From Takakia lepidozioides (Eukaryota > Plantae > Bryophyta): 64,000 nucleotides of DNA. Made by a program: the position numbers and the translations under genes. Location: NCBI GenBank assembly GCA_030704615.1, contig CM060731.1, positions 56,110,001 to 56,174,000 on the forward strand, given 5' to 3'. A model generated the notes under the pieces. That model was not told the DNA's origin and did not search any database. It saw nothing but the letters and a program-made list of their open reading frames with translations. Positions within the stretch are counted from its first letter, which is position 1. Each line of letters begins with the position of its first letter. Positions 61,877-64,000 of this stretch are shown in pieces.

Positions 61877-63427
61877 ATTGCAATGGAATCTTCGTCCAAA
61901 CTCCCGCCACAACCATTTCCCTATGTCCTGGCAGTTTAGACCGGTGTTTTGTGTCTAATGGTACCCTCACGTCCTGAGTTTTAAGCCTCGTGCCCAGTTT
62001 TGACCAAACTTAGGGTTCTCATGCCGAGTTTGGAACCCTTTACAGATAACTCTATTGGCTGGGGTATTAAAATACTTTCCTACCCAAAAAAACAAGCCTG
62101 GTAGGTTCCCAATCTAGGTATTGGAACTCTTCACACCAGCCAGGTCGGTTTTTCGTACAAGTGTTGATACCGTGGGTTGATAAGAGTGTTGGACCGATAT
62201 ACAAGGTAAGGAATACAGGTAGGAGTATGTGTATTGAAGAACATACCAGTCGGGTATGGATGAACCATGAACCAGCAGGTAGATGGTCAACTAAAGGCAG
62301 CAGCTGGCGCGGTTGATAAAATCAGGCACCTCAACCATGACCACAGCTTCTGAAAGTGGATCAAGAGAGGGAGTCCACAATGCCTCTTCTGGCACTTCTG
62401 GGCATGTGAAGATACTTTGTGCGGCAGACAGCCTGACAGAGGCTCTACAGACTCTAAACCAAGGAGGCATTTCAGCAGATTCAGATATGTATATCTGTCC
62501 AGAGGAACCCTTTCATAGCAGACCAACAGGAGGTCAACCATCGTCATGACAAGTGTTGGAGGATTGAATGGATTCATGAGCTTGCAAAATGTTTGATTCC
62601 TCTGTGATGAATTCTCCAACCCAATTCCAAGGTCTCATTGCAATGTATCCTCCATGTGATGACCCACTAGAGCAGACCCTCGGGTTACAAGGCTGCATAT
62701 AACAACACGATCAGACATTCAAACATTTGGGTGTGAAACAAATCTTTGCTCCGTGCATGTTTCTGATTCCACGGATGCTATTTGTTAGCTCATTACCTGA
62801 AGCTTCGTAAGATGTAATACCCCCTTCAAGAATTTGGAGTTAGGAAGATGCAGCCTCCAACACTTAAGCTTTAAGCCCTCTCTGGCACCCTTGATCAATG
62901 AAGGACTCAGGTGCAAATACAGGCTTGGGTGTACGGAACGCATACTCAAGTTCAACTCTCTAATGTTTTGGATATTCATTTGGGACTCGAGGCTTCAACT
63001 TGCAGCACACTGATTAATGCGCACTAATGAGACGCAGCACGACCAAAAAAATGCTCAATTTTGAGAACTCCGTTCCTGGGAGGGCCAGCCCCTGTCACCT
63101 TGGGCCTCTTCGCTCGTTTGGACTTCACTGGAGATGCGCAAATGACCGCTGCACTCCCCTGCATCCAACAAGACCCACCCGTTTCAGCCAACATCTCTTC
63201 TAAAGTCTTATCACTTACAGCAGAAGTTCAGTGAAAGGTGGGAGTAGACTTCTCGTTTCATAACGAGGGTATGTCTGAGCTTGCAGAGCGAAGGTCGATC
63301 CATTTCCTGTGAAGGAATATACAAATTTGAAGAGTACAACTTCGCAATCATGCCAAAATTCATATAATCCCCAGGTAAGGTAGCATATTTGAAAAGTTGT
63401 CATGAAACATTCTAGCTCACAACTCAC

Positions 63428-63765
63428 CAGAGAGAGGCGGGGAGGTTTCAAGACAGTAATGCGACCACCCCGTCCATCAGCTCCAGACATAATGAAGCTA
63501 CCTCTTACACTGTTTCCATTTGCCTCCCCCCTTTGTGCAGCTTTTCCAAAGCCCATCAACCCTAAACCTGCTAACCCTAGTCCCCCAATCGAGTGCGTCG
63601 ATCTGTCAATGCTTGTTGATGACTTAGATACAAGTGCGGTAGCAGCGTCCTCTTCCATTCCTGGGCCAGAAGGAATAACTGAGTGGCTCTGTTCCGCCTC
63701 TCCACCATCTGTTACAGACTGACAATGAGAACTGGCACCAGTTCCCATGGCTTGCACTGACACTT
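63428..63765 (-). CDS. Possible host-gene exon (Ser/Gly-rich, low complexity)
   Basis: Open frame bounded by TTACAAG/CAG-type acceptor region and a GTGAG donor at ~63427; no recognisable domain. Confidence 0.25.
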
Positions 63766-64000
63766 GTAAATCACTGAAAAACAGAACTTCCACAACCTTG
63801 CAATGGCGTAAAGGACAAGCTCTTACATCGGTCTACACTGGGAAGGAGACAAAGAATGACTCTAGTAAGGGCAGAGTTCAGAAATTGAGAAACAGAATTA
63901 GGCCATAGAAATTGGTTTGACAGGCACTTACTTTTGGAGGATGACCCTGATGCCATCAACCCTGCTGTGAAATCTGCCTCTCGTCTCATAGGTAGTTTCA

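Noticed and set aside
62287-62979. Leu-rich ORFs suggestive of an LRR gene
   Set aside because: No clear LxxLxLxxN/C periodicity in a continuous frame.

Overview
Eukaryotic, plant-like DNA (spliceosomal introns; the TE families suggest a non-seed land plant, which is inference) made almost entirely of nested transposons. A Ty3/Gypsy element (Gypsy-1, minus strand, fragmented) is interrupted by a 25.3-kb CACTA element (9821-35123, AAG TSD). That element contains a complete 13.6-kb Mutator-like element (MULE, 15651-29216, perfect 9-bp TSD GGATTGTAG). A related element, Gypsy-2 (36752-49104), has extra ORFs on both sides of gag-pol, and its 3' LTR plus flank lies inverted at 35279-~36740. Two more MULE copies are present: a truncated near-identical one (~1980-4850) and a diverged one (51752 to the gap at 58256). 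The standout system is the MULE. It has a GCM-like/DDE/SWIM transposase and a divergently transcribed multi-exon cargo gene that fuses a ParB/Srx-like domain to a beta-class amino (N6A/N4C) DNA-methyltransferase-like domain. It also carries arrays of a 22-bp palindrome whose sequence co-varies symmetrically between subfamilies (GGAAATTCGGCGCCGAATTTCC vs GGAAATGCGGCGCCGCATTTCC). The CACTA has a head-to-head second gene (TnpA-like fused to an FCP1/NIF phosphatase-like domain). The last ~5 kb holds MITEs and possible host exons. All domain calls come from reading motifs by eye; no searches were run.
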